Below, piece after piece: positions 37,185 through 46,724 of a stretch of 64,000 nt of DNA. How positions within the stretch are numbered: the first letter of the stretch is position 1; the number at the start of each line of letters is the position of its first letter. The notes below the pieces were generated by a model. It searched no databases. It was not told where the DNA came from and was given only the letters and a program-made list of their open reading frames with translations. The translations under genes and the position numbers were made by a program. Source of the DNA: an uncultured Holophagales bacterium. Its GTDB lineage: Bacteria; Acidobacteriota; Thermoanaerobaculia; Multivoradales; UBA5704. The DNA is taken from contig CAWJGT010000003.1 of assembly GCA_963842525.1 (NCBI GenBank), positions 1,824,001 through 1,888,000 of the forward strand, in the 5' to 3' direction.

Positions 37185-39850
37185 GCGCTCCTCCCGGGGG
37201 TGTCGGGGTCGAGGTCGCTGCTGAGGAGGATCCGGTGGTCGCCGGAGTAGACGAGGAAGCGGCCTGGGCGCGCCCCGCCTTCTTCCGCCGCCTCGGTCAC
37301 GGTGAGCCGCCGCACGTGGTCGACGCCCGGCGTGCTCTCGATCAGGGCATAGAAATCCGACCGGTAGGGCCGGGCTCCGAAGGCCCATCCGCGGCCGTCG
37401 AGGCCGCCGGTCAGCGGATGGAGGAAAGAGCGCAGCCGCTCCTGGACCGCGGCCTGGACGTCGGTGGAGGCTTCGAGCCGTGCCGGCACGACCTCCGCTT
37501 CGACCGTCATGCGCAGCCAGTCGGGTCCGATGACACGAAGGTCGGCGGTGGCGGCCAGCCGCGCCTCCAGGTGTGTGCGCACCCGGTCGAGGAGCTGCAG
37601 GTCGGGTACCGGCTTGGGGTCTGACGAAGCGGACACCACGAGGAGCGTCACGGCTCCGGCATCGCCGGCTCCGCTGGCGGAGAGGGTTCGGGCCCTTGCC
37701 ACCCGCGGCGAGGCCTGGAAGGCCAGGTCTTCGAAATCGCTGGCGGCCATGGCGCGGTCGCGGTGGCGCAGGGCCTTGGGGCCGCGCACCCGCACCGCCT
37801 CCAGCGACTCCGCGGCCGTCCCGCCCGCGGCAGGCTCGGGCTGGGCGACGCGGTCCACGTACGGCACGGTGCCGCGGAGCTGGGTGAGGCGCCCGGCCGG
37901 GAGATTGCCGGCATCCGCCCCGCCGCCTCCCTCGACATGGACGGCCCACGTGGTGTTGAGGAGGACCCGCTCGAGCCGCGGCTCCACCGCGTACTGGCCC
38001 CGCTCCCAGCGTGCCCGCAGCCAGAAGGCTTCGCGGCCGAATTCGAGCGAGCATTGGAAGCCAGCCGGGCCGACGAAGGTCACCAGGCCGCTGCGGGTAA
38101 AGCCGCGGGTCTCATCGCGCGTGCCCAGCCGTTGCCAGCCGCTGCCGTTCCAGAATTCCCAGGCGATCGCGGCCTCTTCGATCACCTCGGCCGGCTCAGA
38201 GCCCGCATCGTAGAGGCTCCGCGATACCCCGCAATAGAGCGAGGCCTCGCGGTTCGCAAAGGCGCGGTCGAAGCCGAGGTAGAGGGTCGGCCGTGGGTCC
38301 GCGGCAGCGACGAACGCCTTCAGGAAGTTGTCCGGAGAGCTGGCGCGGTCCACGAAAGCGCGGTCGTTCTCGGCCAGGATGTGCTCCGCAATCAGGGATG
38401 CGCTCCAGAACAAGCCCAGGAGGATGGCGCGGAGCGACGGTGGCCGGTAGGTCGAGGGCACGAGCCGGTAGAGCGGGACGTTGCCCGGTCCTGGCACGGG
38501 ATTGCCGCTGGCATCGGTCACCGGCTCATACCGCGTGTCGGCGCCGTAGCTGTCGCGGGCGATCCGTACCCGGACCCAGCGGCGGACCTGTCCGCCGGCC
38601 TCGACCGGCATGAGCGAGGACGGGCAGCGAAAACTGATCATTCCGGGGGTCAGCAGGCCGTTGGTCGTATCGCTGAAGAAATAGGTGTTGTTGGCCGCCG
38701 TCTCGTTCGGCGTGACGCCCGGGCCTGAGTAGCCGAGAATCTGCCAACGGCTGCCGTCCCAGAATTCCCAGGCGAGCAGGACGCGGATCCAGGTGGGCGG
38801 CGTGACCGTCTGCGCCGGCTCGACACCGGTCAACCCGACATGGATCTCCACGGCCGCATCGGGCTTGGAAAACGCCTGGTCGCTTGCCATGTAGAAGACG
38901 TCGCCAGTCGCCGGCCGGTCGCCGAAGGGGCGGAAGTCGCGGCTCAGGTCCAGAGGCTGGTCGTTGGCGAGGCCCGCTTCGGGGATCTCCTGCGCCGCGG
39001 CATCCCGGCGGTTGATGAACAGGGTCACATCGACGTTGGCGACCGTGATCCCGTCCCTGGATGGCGGCACGGTCAGCCGTGCCCGCAGCCAGGAGCTCAC
39101 GACCCCGTTCACCGCGCGCGGCGGGATGGGAGGCACGCCGGTCAGGCTGATCTCGACGTACCGGACCTCGCCCTGGTTGACGGCATAGGCCTCCGACGGG
39201 ACCGGCCGCCAGGCTGTGCCGTCCCACGCGTCCCAGGCCACGGACGTCACCCAGGGGGAGAAGTCGGACGTGTCAGGGCGGAGGGTGATGTCTTTCGTCT
39301 CCGGCGTCGCGAGCGCAGAGTGCCCCAGGTAGAGGAAATGCGCGGCGGGCTCGGCGCCGCGGAAAGGCGCGAAGGGGACAGCAGACCGGCCGTCGACCAG
39401 GGCCGTGAGGTCGCTGGAGCGGTCGGTCTCCGGCTCGCGCGCGAAGGCGGCCACGAGCCGGCTGCGGGTGACGACGAGGTCGCGCTCGGTGGTGAAGACG
39501 ACCGGCTCCGCGTCCCCTTCCTGGAGCGTGGCCACTTGCGTGCCGGCCGGCACCAGCGTATCCACCTGCGTGCCCGCGGCAAGTTGGAAGGTCAGCGGCG
39601 TCCGCGCCGGCTGTGCCGGCTCGGGCCGGGTTCCGATCAGATCGAGAAATGCAAGGAAATTGCGCTCGGGCAGGCGGTTCACGCGCTCGATGACCTGCCC
39701 GGCCATATTCGCGAAGACGCGGACGAGGGCGCCGCCCGCGTCCATCCCTGTGGGCTGCCAGCCGGAGTGGCGGCGCGCCAGGTCCTCCACCTGCGCGACC
39801 ACGTCATCGTAGGTGCGCGGATCGATCCGGGGGGCCTCAAGCGACGGCAT
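37181..39850 (-). CDS. Large baseplate J-like assembly protein (Afp11-like)
   Basis: IDPRTYDD, LAFLDLIG, FTTERDL, PFGDRP, LRHRDRAM..DFE, FLHPLTGG..GWAFG. Confidence 0.9.
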   Translation of the reverse strand: MPSLEAPRIDPRTYDDVVAQVEDLARRHSGWQPTGMDAGGALVRVFANMAGQVIERVNRLPERNFLAFLDLIGTRPEPAQPARTPLTFQLAAGTQVDTLVPAGTQVATLQEGDAEPVVFTTERDLVVTRSRLVAAFAREPETDRSSDLTALVDGRSAVPFAPFRGAEPAAHFLYLGHSALATPETKDITLRPDTSDFSPWVTSVAWDAWDGTAWRPVPSEAYAVNQGEVRYVEISLTGVPPIPPRAVNGVVSSWLRARLTVPPSRDGITVANVDVTLFINRRDAAAQEIPEAGLANDQPLDLSRDFRPFGDRPATGDVFYMASDQAFSKPDAAVEIHVGLTGVEPAQTVTPPTWIRVLLAWEFWDGSRWQILGYSGPGVTPNETAANNTYFFSDTTNGLLTPGMISFRCPSSLMPVEAGGQVRRWVRVRIARDSYGADTRYEPVTDASGNPVPGPGNVPLYRLVPSTYRPPSLRAILLGLFWSASLIAEHILAENDRAFVDRASSPDNFLKAFVAAADPRPTLYLGFDRAFANREASLYCGVSRSLYDAGSEPAEVIEEAAIAWEFWNGSGWQRLGTRDETRGFTRSGLVTFVGPAGFQCSLEFGREAFWLRARWERGQYAVEPRLERVLLNTTWAVHVEGGGGADAGNLPAGRLTQLRGTVPYVDRVAQPEPAAGGTAAESLEAVRVRGPKALRHRDRAMAASDFEDLAFQASPRVARARTLSASGAGDAGAVTLLVVSASSDPKPVPDLQLLDRVRTHLEARLAATADLRVIGPDWLRMTVEAEVVPARLEASTDVQAAVQERLRSFLHPLTGGLDGRGWAFGARPYRSDFYALIESTPGVDHVRRLTVTEAAEEGGARPGRFLVYSGDHRILLSSDLDPDTPGRSA

Positions 39851-40241
39851 TGGCGGCTCCCTCCAGATAGAATGGAAACACCAGATTGAAACGGTTGTTC
39901 GTGACGCGCACGCGGTAGTCGATCTGAAGGAGCAGCCGCGAAGGCTCACTCTCGTCGCGGTCGGCGCTCACGCCGAGCAGCTCGATGCGCGGCTCCCAGC
40001 GGGTCAGAGCATTGCGCACCTCGGTCTCCACGCGGCCGAGGGTCTCGCCGGTCGGCGAGGCGAACACGAGATCGTGAATGCCACAGCCGAAATCCGGCCG
40101 CATCCTGCGCTCGCCGCGGGCCGTGGCGAGCACGATCCAGATCGACTCGCGCACGCTTTCTTCGTAAGGTGCCAGGCCGATCTGACCTCCTTCGAGGCCG
40201 ATCGGGAACCGCCAGCCCACACCCAGGAATTCGGATCTCAT
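39837..40241 (-). CDS. GPW/gp25-family baseplate protein
   Basis: FLGVGWRFP, GERRMRPDFGCG, WEPRI, NLVFPFY. Confidence 0.95.
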   Translation of the reverse strand: MRSEFLGVGWRFPIGLEGGQIGLAPYEESVRESIWIVLATARGERRMRPDFGCGIHDLVFASPTGETLGRVETEVRNALTRWEPRIELLGVSADRDESEPSRLLLQIDYRVRVTNNRFNLVFPFYLEGAANAVA

Positions 40242-40247
40242 CTCGTC

Positions 40248-40646
40248 CTATCCAATCCGCACCGTTCCCGCCGCCACCACGGTGCCGGCGAGGAGGTCCA
40301 CAGGGTCGTTGCAGGTTTCGGCGCGGTCGCCGTTGCGCACGGCGGCCTGGCCGTTGATCTTCACGGTCGCGCTACCGGTCCGGATCGTGCCCCGGTTGGC
40401 CGGCGGCCTTTGGAAAGAATTTCCCGGCGGCGTCGGCAGGTGCGGCGTGGTGTTGTCCGCCGTGCTGCCCACCGTGGCCGCGGGGAGGCCCTGGATCTTG
40501 ACATCGCTCGACAGACCGCCGCCCAGGAGCCCGGAGAACGGGTGCGGCAGGGGCGTGGGCATCAGCCCGGCCGGCGTCGGCACGAAGACGATGTGCGTGT
40601 CCGTCGCCACGATCCGATCCCCCTGCTTGGCCGCCGGCTGTCCCAT
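40248..40646 (-). CDS. PAAR-domain spike tip protein
   Basis: PAAKQGD, PAATVGS, GSATVKINGQAAVRNGD..TCND. Confidence 0.93.
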   Translation of the reverse strand: MGQPAAKQGDRIVATDTHIVFVPTPAGLMPTPLPHPFSGLLGGGLSSDVKIQGLPAATVGSTADNTTPHLPTPPGNSFQRPPANRGTIRTGSATVKINGQAAVRNGDRAETCNDPVDLLAGTVVAAGTVRIG

Positions 40647-40667
40647 GGCATCGCTCCGGAAAACCGA

Positions 40668-41315
40668 TCAATTCAGGTTGATGCCCGAGCCGCGCACGTT
40701 GACCTGCGCGTTGGACCGGAGGTCGAGGCTCTGCGCCGTCTCGACCCTGCCCGCTCCCGCCGGCGCGGAGATCTCGACGCCCATCTGGCCGGTGATCTTC
40801 ACGCTGCCGTTTTTCGACTCGATCACGATGTCCTGATCGGCCGTGATCGTGATCGTGTTCTGCGCGGCGTCGAAGACGAGACTCTGCTTGCCGCTCGCAT
40901 CGACGATCTCGATTTTCTCGCCGCCGTCGGTATCATCCAGGGTGATCGTGTGGCCGCTGCGGGATTTCAAGATCCGCAGGTTGTTCTGTCCGTCGCCGTT
41001 GTCGGCCGGCGGCTTGTCTTTTCCATTCCAGAGCGCGCCGAGGACGTAGGGGAACTCCACACGGCCGTGCTCGAAACCCACGAGCACCTCGTCGTCCACC
41101 TCGGGCAGGAAAAAGAGGCCGCGGTCGTTCCCAGCCATCGGCGTGAGGACGCGCGCCCAGCGGCTCTCGTCGCTTTCGGAAAGCCACGGGAACCGCACCT
41201 TGACGCGGCCCAGGCCGTCGGGGTCCTGGTTGTTCGTCACCACGCCGATGACCAGGCCGTACATGCGTCCGGCCTCCGTCGCAGGACGAAGCCGTCCTTC
41301 CAGCAGATCGATCAC
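40668..41315 (-). CDS. Spike, baseplate assembly protein V (gp5 OB-fold)
   Basis: GVVTNNQDPDGLGRVKVRFPWL, WARV, FLPEVDDEVLVGFEHG, SRSGH. Confidence 0.95.
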   Translation of the reverse strand: MIDLLEGRLRPATEAGRMYGLVIGVVTNNQDPDGLGRVKVRFPWLSESDESRWARVLTPMAGNDRGLFFLPEVDDEVLVGFEHGRVEFPYVLGALWNGKDKPPADNGDGQNNLRILKSRSGHTITLDDTDGGEKIEIVDASGKQSLVFDAAQNTITITADQDIVIESKNGSVKITGQMGVEISAPAGAGRVETAQSLDLRSNAQVNVRGSGINLN

Positions 41316-42382
41316 GTGGCGTTCCTCCGCACGGTAAAGGCGGTGCGATAGCCCCGCCGGGGCGACCAGGTGTGGCGCGCCGAGGTGACGTAATACAGGC
41401 CGCTGAAGCGCCGGCCGAGGCCGTCCATACGGATCACGGTGCCGGCCGCGAGATCGGGGCGGCCCTTGGCCACCCCCTCGCCCGCGACATAGCCGAGGGC
41501 CATCTCGCGCAGCCGGCCCGAGGCGATCTGTCCGGCCTCGTTTTGCAGGAAGACCGGCTCGTCCACGATGCGGGCCACGGCCGAGCCGAACGCGCTCTGC
41601 ACCGCCTGCGGCCCGGTGACGGAGCCGCCCATGGTGGTCCCTTCGCCGCCGGCCGCGGCCTGGCCGACGAAGGCCTCCTTGTCCCTGGGGTTCCAGGCGC
41701 GCACTTCAACTTGAGCGGCCTGCCCGAGGGTCGAGAGCCGCAGGTCGATCTCCAGGAGGTCGTCCTGCCGCGTCAGCGTGAGGGCCGGGGAGCCGGTGTT
41801 CGCGTGGGAGCGGAACCTGAGGGTCCGCCCCTCGACGAGGACCTCGAAGCCGAGGCGGCCGGCGCGGTCCTGGAGGAACTCGAGATCGGTCTGGTTGTGT
41901 TGCAGCACGTATTCGAGGACGTTCTTCGTGCTCTCGACCTCGGCCGTGAGCCCGGCCTCCTGGGCGATCCGGCGCGCGATCTCGCTGTCCTGGATCTGGG
42001 TGAACGAGCGGGTCTTGCGACCGCGCAGCAGGCGGTGCCGGCGGTCGTGGCCGCGCACCGTGAGCATCGGCGGCTCGTCCATCCGGAGCTCGGGCTCCAG
42101 GCCCGTGATCTCACCGATCATGACGGTCCCCAGCCCGGCGCCGTAGCCCATCCGGACCTCCACCTCGGCGCCGGGAGAGAACAGGCGGTGATCGGACCAG
42201 GTGAGACGCCCGGTCTCGCGGTCCTCGTTGCGCAGGCGCAGCGCGAACATGCCGGGCGCCGCGACGTCCTGGAGCACCGACACCTCGACCACGTCGGCTT
42301 CGGCCTGCGGGAGGAGCTCTCCGCCGTTGAGCCGCAGCTCGAAGCGCGGCGCCAGGCGGTCGGCGGCAAGAGGCAGTACCAT
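41312..42382 (-). CDS. Baseplate hub (phage late-control D family)
   Basis: VRMGY, HRLLRGRKTRSF, QHNQTDLEFL, GLGRRFSGLYYVTSARH..GYRTAF. Confidence 0.92.
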   Translation of the reverse strand: MVLPLAADRLAPRFELRLNGGELLPQAEADVVEVSVLQDVAAPGMFALRLRNEDRETGRLTWSDHRLFSPGAEVEVRMGYGAGLGTVMIGEITGLEPELRMDEPPMLTVRGHDRRHRLLRGRKTRSFTQIQDSEIARRIAQEAGLTAEVESTKNVLEYVLQHNQTDLEFLQDRAGRLGFEVLVEGRTLRFRSHANTGSPALTLTRQDDLLEIDLRLSTLGQAAQVEVRAWNPRDKEAFVGQAAAGGEGTTMGGSVTGPQAVQSAFGSAVARIVDEPVFLQNEAGQIASGRLREMALGYVAGEGVAKGRPDLAAGTVIRMDGLGRRFSGLYYVTSARHTWSPRRGYRTAFTVRRNAT

Positions 42383-42385
42383 GGC

Positions 42386-43030
42386 TCAGCTCCGCGGCGG
42401 AATGGACAGCACCATGCCCGGCGTCATCCGGCGCGGGTTGTCGATGCCATTCATCGCGGCGATGGATCGCCAGAGGCCGGGGTCGTCATACTCCTCGGCC
42501 GCGATGCTGGAGAGCGTGTCCCCCTGGCGCAGCACGCGCGTGCGCACCACGGCCGGCAGGCCGGCCAGCCCCGGGACCTCGCGGGTCTCCTCTTCAGGGT
42601 CGATCCACTGCGTGAAGCTGCACCCCAGGGTCGCCCGCACCGGCGTGCCATCGGAAAGAAAAAGGGTATACGTCTGGGACAGGCTCCGCAGCACCCACGG
42701 GAAGCCGCCGAAGTTGTAGCGGCCCCACTGCAACCGGCACCGCGGCGGCCGTCCGAGATCGCCCTGGACCCGCAGCAGCCGCGCGATCTGGCGGGTGATC
42801 AGGCTCACATCGACCCCCTGCTCGTAGGTGTCGAAAAAGAGATCGACCGCGAGAGTGAGCGGAGCGCTGTAGGTGTAGCTCGACTGCGCGGTGCGCTGCG
42901 CGGTCGGCGCCGGCACCCAGCGTGCGTCCTGCGTGAACCGGAGCTGGTTCGGATTGAAGAGCACGGGGACCGGCACCCCATAAACCCGGTTCCGCGTCTC
43001 GACCGCAATCGTAAGCTTTTCCAAAGCCAT
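42386..43030 (-). CDS. CIS tube initiator with LysM domain (Afp7-like)
   Basis: LEKLTI, VLFNPNQ, LFFDTYE, RPP..LQWG, GTPVRA, GDTLSSIAAEEYDDPGLWRSIA..NGIDNP. Confidence 0.93.
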   Translation of the reverse strand: MALEKLTIAVETRNRVYGVPVPVLFNPNQLRFTQDARWVPAPTAQRTAQSSYTYSAPLTLAVDLFFDTYEQGVDVSLITRQIARLLRVQGDLGRPPRCRLQWGRYNFGGFPWVLRSLSQTYTLFLSDGTPVRATLGCSFTQWIDPEEETREVPGLAGLPAVVRTRVLRQGDTLSSIAAEEYDDPGLWRSIAAMNGIDNPRRMTPGMVLSIPPRS

Positions 43031-43031
43031 C

Positions 43032-44108
43032 TCACCGGCCTCCCAGGCGCCCGCGCTCGACCGCAATCGACCGCGCCAGTTGTCGCATCACCCGTTCCGC
43101 GAGGTCGTCCGCGACCTCACCACCTTGGATGCCGTCGGGCGGCTCAGGTTTCATCGAAAGAACCTCACCCCCTGTCCCCCTCTCCCATCTCCCTCCCTCC
43201 GACCGGGAGAGGGGGGACGCGTCTCGGCTCTCTGGCGCGACCTCATTCCCTGGAACAGGTGGTGGCGTTGTTGTTTTGAGAATGGGCAAGGGTAAAGCCT
43301 CTGAAAAAGGCGCAGGCATAAAACCTGGGATTTCAAGAGGAAGCATGGGAGGCAGCAGAAGCGCCCCTTGTGGGCGCGGGAACGTAGCCCCGGGTTTCAA
43401 CCCGGGGTCGGGGAGGCCCCGATCATGATTTCGAGCCCCTTCAGGGGCGATGGCACGGTCGCGTGGGGTTCCCAAAGGCATAGGGTCGCCCGTCCGCCCC
43501 GGGTTGAAACCCGGGGCTACGTGCCCGCGCCCATGAAGGGCGCCGCCCCCGGACCCGCCGGTTGATTGAGCGCGTACAAGGACGATGGGCATATTCGGTT
43601 CAATAGGAGGCGCCGCGTCCCGCCCATGCCCAGGGTTCACACCCTGGGCTACCGAATGTCGCCCTCCGGGCTCAAGAGAGTCAGGGTTCCCAGAGCCCGG
43701 AGGGCGGAACTGGGTAGCCCCGGGTGTCAACCCGGGGCGGCGAGCTACAATCGCCGGCCCGATCTCCACAACCGCCGGTCGCAAAACGACTTTTTCCGCC
43801 ACCGCAGCAACCTTCACCTCAGGCAAACTCGAAGCCGTCCCCCCTCTCCCGGTCGGGGGGAGGGAGATGGGCGAGGGGGCCAAGGGGTGAGGGGCCACCG
43901 GAGCCACCGGGGCACCAACGCTCGCATAAACCAATCCGCCTCCTGGACCGCTCGCCATCCCCGGCGTCCACCGCTGCAGAATGTCGGCCGCGAGCGTCGA
44001 TCCTCCGAGGCTCGCCCGCGCCCGCATCCGCCGCACCACCCCCGGCTCAGTCGCGCGCCGCAGAAGACTCTGTCCCAGCTCTGTCGTTTCACCGTCCATG
44101 TCTCTCAT
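43032..44108 (-). CDS. eCIS-2 low-complexity protein filled with in-frame REP-like palindromes
   Basis: Uninterrupted ORF between tube 2 and the LysM gene; helical C-terminus DDLAERVMRQL..IAVERGRLG typical of this eCIS position. Confidence 0.68.
   Translation of the reverse strand: MRDMDGETTELGQSLLRRATEPGVVRRMRARASLGGSTLAADILQRWTPGMASGPGGGLVYASVGAPVAPVAPHPLAPSPISLPPTGRGGTASSLPEVKVAAVAEKVVLRPAVVEIGPAIVARRPGLTPGATQFRPPGSGNPDSLEPGGRHSVAQGVNPGHGRDAAPPIEPNMPIVLVRAQSTGGSGGGALHGRGHVAPGFNPGRTGDPMPLGTPRDRAIAPEGARNHDRGLPDPGLKPGATFPRPQGALLLPPMLPLEIPGFMPAPFSEALPLPILKTTTPPPVPGNEVAPESRDASPLSRSEGGRWERGTGGEVLSMKPEPPDGIQGGEVADDLAERVMRQLARSIAVERGRLGGR
43127..43153 (-). promoter_or_regulatory. Promoter motif B upstream of eCIS-2 LysM/baseplate sub-operon
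   Basis: Plus strand GGATGC-N14-GGTTTCA. Confidence 0.58.
43163..43893. repeat. Cluster of REP-like hairpins inside a CDS
   Basis: CCTCACCCCCTGTCCCCCTCTCCC element at 43163 and inverted at ~43836-43893; CCCCGGGTTTCAACCCGGGG pair ~43361-43545; element ~43629-43737 is nearly the reverse complement of 6287-6396. Confidence 0.88.
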
Positions 44109-44112
44109 GGGC

Positions 44113-44622
44113 TCACCTGAAGGCATTACGGAACGTGCTCAGCGTGCCACCCTGGCTGGAGACGTCGCGGCTGACCGCGGGCCGCGAGAGGCCGCGGTGC
44201 GCCAGCTCGACCGTCTCCACGGCGATCGCATTGGATTCGGACCGCAGCGAGGGCCCGCTCCAGCGCACCGGATATGCCTCGCGGAAGCTCCACCAGATCG
44301 AAGGCTGTCCCTGGGCATCGAGGAGATAGACCGTGCCATTCCTGCGCTCCACGAGGCCCGCGGCCACGTCCTGATGCCAGCTCCAGAGCGTGGCGATATC
44401 GGTGACCCCGCGGCGGAGGATCAGGTTCGAGGGATACCGCGTGGGACCGGGCAGACGGTGCACGTACTCGTTGCGCCCGCCCTCGCGGTAGTCCTCGAAA
44501 ACCGTTTCAATCTCCAGGCCGCCGACCTCCGAGAAGCCGCCCACCACCAGGCCTTCGACCTCCACCAGGAAATTGAAGGCGAGATAGGGGTCCCTGCGCG
44601 AATCCAGTCCCAGCGTCGGCAT
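44113..44622 (-). CDS. Tail tube protein 2 (Afp5-like)
   Basis: DPYLAFNFLVEVEG..GGFSEVGGL, YREGG, LRRG, AYPVRWSGP, VETVELAH. Confidence 0.95.
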   Translation of the reverse strand: MPTLGLDSRRDPYLAFNFLVEVEGLVVGGFSEVGGLEIETVFEDYREGGRNEYVHRLPGPTRYPSNLILRRGVTDIATLWSWHQDVAAGLVERRNGTVYLLDAQGQPSIWWSFREAYPVRWSGPSLRSESNAIAVETVELAHRGLSRPAVSRDVSSQGGTLSTFRNAFR

Positions 44623-44631
44623 GGTCGTCCT

Positions 44632-44805
44632 CTAATGCGCCTGCGCGCTCTCCTCGTTCAGCCGCCGGTTGATCCGGGCGACCTCCGCGACCCAGTGTTG
44701 CCGGTCGCGGTGCTCGAGCCGCAGGATCTCGTCCTGCGGCCAGTGAAAGTGATAGGCGAGGTAGGCTACCTCCTCGAACAGGCGGTCCGAGGGGTAGCCC
44801 ATCAT
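44632..44805 (-). CDS. DUF6760-family small protein
   Basis: Not in ORF track; MMGYPSDRLFEEVAYLAYHFHWPQDEILRLEHRDRQHWVAEVARINRRLN. Confidence 0.88.
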   Translation of the reverse strand: MMGYPSDRLFEEVAYLAYHFHWPQDEILRLEHRDRQHWVAEVARINRRLNEESAQAH

Positions 44806-45167
44806 CGTCCCGAGCCTGCGAGCTCCACCTCGTAGGCTTCCTCGCAGTGTGGACAGGTCACCGCCACGCGGTTGTGACCCTCCTCGTTCAGCCGCCGGTA
44901 GAGGTCCTGCAGGTAGGCCAGGTCGCAGGCGAACATCCCTTCGATCACCTTGGGATTGACCTGGTCCAGCGTCCCCAGCCGCGTGATCACCCGCGCCAGG
45001 AGGATGATCACGAGATAGCCCGGATTGGATTGCACTCGCGGGTCTTTCATGGGCGCGATCTCGTCATAGGCCGTGGCCAGCCGCATGACCCCCTCGCGGT
45101 GGAGGTTGCCCTCCGCGTCGAGGAAGCCGCGCGGCAATGTAAAGGGATGCTCGGTCTGGAGCGTCAT
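44802..45167 (-). CDS. Tail assembly chaperone-like protein
   Basis: TEHPFTLPRGF..LHREGVMRLATAYDEI..DLAYLQDLY..CPHC. Confidence 0.88.
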   Translation of the reverse strand: MTLQTEHPFTLPRGFLDAEGNLHREGVMRLATAYDEIAPMKDPRVQSNPGYLVIILLARVITRLGTLDQVNPKVIEGMFACDLAYLQDLYRRLNEEGHNRVAVTCPHCEEAYEVELAGSGR

Positions 45168-45170
45168 GGA

Positions 45171-45605
45171 TCAGGCCCTCTCCAGCCCCTCGTGAGCGAT
45201 CTCGATGGCCTCGATCGCCACCTCGTTGCCGGTGGCGTTGAAGCTCGGGCCGGTCCAGCGGTTCGGCCAGGCATTGCGGAAGTTCCAGCGCACCTTCTCC
45301 TCGCCCGCGCTGTCGAGCAGCACGATCGAGCCGTTGCGGCGCTCGACCCGGCCTTCCGCCGCCTTCTTGCGCCACTCCCAGAGCTCGGCGTCGTCGGTGA
45401 TGCCCCAGCGCAGGGTGATGTTCGTATAGGTGTTGAGCCCGGGAAGCTTCCGCGTGGTCAACCCGTCGTTGCCTTCGCGGTACTCGATCGGGTTCTGGGA
45501 CGAGTCGAGGCCCGAGCACTCGCGGAAGCCGGCGCGGGTGATGCCGTCGATCTCCACCAGGAAGTTGAAAGAACGGAGGGGGTCTTTGCGATCTCCAGTC
45601 GCCAT
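45171..45605 (-). CDS. Tail tube protein 1 (Afp1-like)
   Basis: DPLRSFNFLVEIDG..GFRECSGL, EYREG, KLPGL, NAWP..WTGP, IAHEG. Confidence 0.96.
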   Translation of the reverse strand: MATGDRKDPLRSFNFLVEIDGITRAGFRECSGLDSSQNPIEYREGNDGLTTRKLPGLNTYTNITLRWGITDDAELWEWRKKAAEGRVERRNGSIVLLDSAGEEKVRWNFRNAWPNRWTGPSFNATGNEVAIEAIEIAHEGLERA

Positions 45606-45653
45606 GATCGATTCTCCTTATGACGAAGAAAGCTGTGATGAGATGGATTGTTA

Positions 45654-46721
45654 TCAGCCGGTGACGATACGCACGACGACGAATTCGCTCGGGGCCAGCG
45701 GCGCGAGGCCGAGGAGCGTTACCACGCGGCCGGCCTCGCGTTCCTCCGGCGGATTCGTCTCCGCGTCACAGCGGACGAAGAAGGCTTCCGCGGGCGTCCG
45801 CCCCTGGAGCGCGCCGGCCTGGAAGAGGCGGCTCAGATAGGCCGTGATCTCGCGCGTCAAGCGATTCCACAGCCTTGCGTCATTCGGCTCGAACGCGGTG
45901 CCGGCCAGGTTGCGCTCGATCCAGCGCACGACGGTCAGGAAGAGCCGCCGCACGTTCACATAGGCCCATGCGGCCTCGCGCGACAGGGTGCGGGCCCCCC
46001 ACACCCGGATGCCACGGCCGGGGAAGGCGCGCAGGACGTTGATCCCCTCGGGATTGAGCGCCGCCTGCTCCACATCGCTCACGTTTGCCGCGAGCTCCAC
46101 GACACCGTCGAGGGCCTCGTTGGCCGGGGCCTTGTGGACCCCGATGTTGCGGTCGCTCCGTGCCACGAGGCCCGCGACATGGCCGCACGGCGGGACGAAC
46201 GGACCGTCCAGCCGCGGCCGGACCCAGGGGTGATAGAGAGCGCCGTTCGTCCCCGACAGGCTCCGCCGCTGGTCCAGCACGCCGGAGCCCGGGACCGAAT
46301 CGAGAAGAGCGATGCGATCGCCGGCCGCGTCGCAATGCGCCAGGATTTCGGACTGCAACCGCAACCCCGTCTCCAGGCCGTTTGCGAACACGTCCGGCGC
46401 GCAGACCAGATCGAGGTCCTGGCGTGGCCGGATCGCCGCCAGGCCACCCTGCAGAGAGTCTCCGCCCTCGGCGAGGCGCACCACCAGGCACTCCTGTCCG
46501 CCGTTGGCAAAGAAGCCCTCCACGGCCGCGGCGAGATGGCTGCCCGGCCGCGGCGCCCCGAAAGCCTCGGAGAGCTGGGCGAGGCGGGTCAGGCGCCGCG
46601 GCACGTTCGTCTCTCCCTCGGAAGCGAGCCCGAGGAATACCGGCACGCCGGTCGCCAGCCCCGCGGGCGGCGCGGGGAAGACGTTCTGCCGGTAGACGCC
46701 GGGGGTCTGCGGGGTGATCAT
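45654..46721 (-). CDS. Tail sheath protein 2
   Basis: TPGVY, FFANGG, VPPCGHVAG, GVHKAPANE, LNPEGIN, VNVRRL, FEPN. Confidence 0.95.
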   Translation of the reverse strand: MITPQTPGVYRQNVFPAPPAGLATGVPVFLGLASEGETNVPRRLTRLAQLSEAFGAPRPGSHLAAAVEGFFANGGQECLVVRLAEGGDSLQGGLAAIRPRQDLDLVCAPDVFANGLETGLRLQSEILAHCDAAGDRIALLDSVPGSGVLDQRRSLSGTNGALYHPWVRPRLDGPFVPPCGHVAGLVARSDRNIGVHKAPANEALDGVVELAANVSDVEQAALNPEGINVLRAFPGRGIRVWGARTLSREAAWAYVNVRRLFLTVVRWIERNLAGTAFEPNDARLWNRLTREITAYLSRLFQAGALQGRTPAEAFFVRCDAETNPPEEREAGRVVTLLGLAPLAPSEFVVVRIVTG

Positions 46722-46724
46722 TGG

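Noticed and set aside
44632-45167. Programmed G/GT-type frameshift between tail chaperones
   Set aside because: Genes are joined by a normal ATGA overlap and no slippery heptamer was evident.
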